The notes under the pieces: generated by a model
Databases searched by the model: none
What the model was told of the DNA's origin: nothing
What the model saw: only the letters and a program-made list of their open reading frames with translations
Part shown: in pieces, positions 16,660 to 19,089 of the stretch
How positions within the stretch are numbered: position 1 is the stretch's first letter
Layout of the letters: each line of letters opens with the position of its first letter
Position numbers and translations under genes: made by a program
NCBI GenBank assembly: GCA_051652765.1
Contig: JBOFUV010000122.1
Span: 1-19,089, forward strand
Length of the DNA stretch: 19,089 nucleotides
From: Microcoleaceae cyanobacterium
Lineage (GTDB): Bacteria > Cyanobacteriota > Cyanobacteriia > Cyanobacteriales > Microcoleaceae
Direction of reading: 5' to 3'

Positions 16660-17241
16660 ATGACTCTTGCCCCTTGGCGATCGCCCCTAGCCCGTGCCCT
16701 CCATCAAAACCGTAGCTTAGTTTATACCCGCTATCTACAACTGGCAACCGTGCGTCTGGATCAACGCCCAGCCAACCGCACCGTTGTATTTCGGGGGTTC
16801 TTAGAGGGAACTAATACTTTAAAGTTTGTCACGGATCAGCGCAGTGAAAAGGTGGAGCAGATCGCAGGACTCCCCTGGGGAGAAGCCTGTTGGTATTTTC
16901 CTAAAACACGGGAACAGTTTCGCTTGTTGGGTCAATTAACAGTCGTTGGAGAACACTATTCTGATCCAACCTTGACCCAAGCCCGTGAGTTAATGTGGCA
17001 AGACTTTTCTGACAACGGGCGATCGCAGTTTTATTGGCCTGTTCCGGGTCAACCCAAGGCCGAGGCAATCACGTTCAATCCACCCGAAATCGAAACTGAA
17101 GTGTCACCCGGCAACTTCTGCTTGTTGCTCCTTGATCCAGAACGAGTCGATCAACTAGAACTGCGGGGCACTCCCCAAAGTCGCTGCCTCTACCAACGGG
17201 ATTGCAATCAAAATTGGTCAGTTCAGGACGTGAATCCTTAA
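16660..17241 (+). CDS. Pyridoxamine 5'-phosphate oxidase-like FMN-binding protein (Npun_F5749-type PPOX family)
   Basis: MTLAPWRSPLARAL, YLQLATV...PANRTVVFRGF, TDQRSEK, ACWYFPKTREQFR; ATG at 16660 preferred over TTG at 16651. Confidence 0.88.
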   Translation: MTLAPWRSPLARALHQNRSLVYTRYLQLATVRLDQRPANRTVVFRGFLEGTNTLKFVTDQRSEKVEQIAGLPWGEACWYFPKTREQFRLLGQLTVVGEHYSDPTLTQARELMWQDFSDNGRSQFYWPVPGQPKAEAITFNPPEIETEVSPGNFCLLLLDPERVDQLELRGTPQSRCLYQRDCNQNWSVQDVNP

Positions 17242-17245
17242 AGGC

Positions 17246-17275
17246 AAAAAAGCTCCGCCTATTCCTAGGCGGAGT
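17246..17275 (-). terminator. Rho-independent terminator of the psbDC operon (possibly also serves the convergent gene)
   Basis: CTCCGCCTA-ttcc-TAGGCGGAG stem preceded on the plus strand by A6, i.e. a U-tract on the minus strand. Confidence 0.85.
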
Positions 17276-17319
17276 TCAAGCACATTTACCGAAATCTCTG
17301 TCAAGAATTCTGTCAAAAA

Positions 17320-19089
<1,770 letters not shown>

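Larger units (their letters stand above)
588..17026. repeat. HIP1 octamer GCGATCGC, dispersed; 15 copies counted by eye
   Basis: Starts at 588, 847, 2073, 5038, 6630, 7311, 7986, 8903, 9988, 10536, 13777, 15245, 16489, 16677, 17019; typical of many cyanobacterial genomes. Confidence 0.9.

Noticed and set aside
571..16715. Numerous 60-117 aa ORFs overlapping ribBA, nblS, purD, the CPBP gene, the LpxB-like gene, sppA, the kinase, cemA and SpoIID
   Set aside because: They overlap well-supported genes, mostly antisense, and show no protein-family features

Overview
Cyanobacterial chromosomal window, as shown by psbD/psbC, nblS and 15 HIP1 (GCGATCGC) sites. It is mostly core genome. Left to right: small DUF4278-type protein (+), ribBA (-), nblS/hik33 (-), purD (-), CPBP/Abi intramembrane protease (+), LpxB-like glycosyltransferase (+), small MITE-like remnant, sppA (-), tRNA-Thr(UGU) (-), an orphan membrane histidine kinase (+), a CemA/PxcA-family protein (+), a SpoIID/LytB protein (-), a PPOX-type flavoprotein (+), psbC (-) and the 3' part of psbD (-). 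Two signal-transduction features stand out. (1) NblS carries a 45-aa four-cysteine (Cx2Cx7Cx10C) module inserted in its PAS domain. (2) The AT-rich orphan kinase has an ETR1-like ethylene/copper-binding three-helix sensor (Y, C-x3-H kept; Asp25->Asn and Lys91->Asp changed) fused directly to the kinase core. There is also a window-wide pattern of 10-14 bp tandem duplications on or next to start and stop codons, plus several candidate structured leaders. All family assignments and reference comparisons are from remembered motifs, not database searches.
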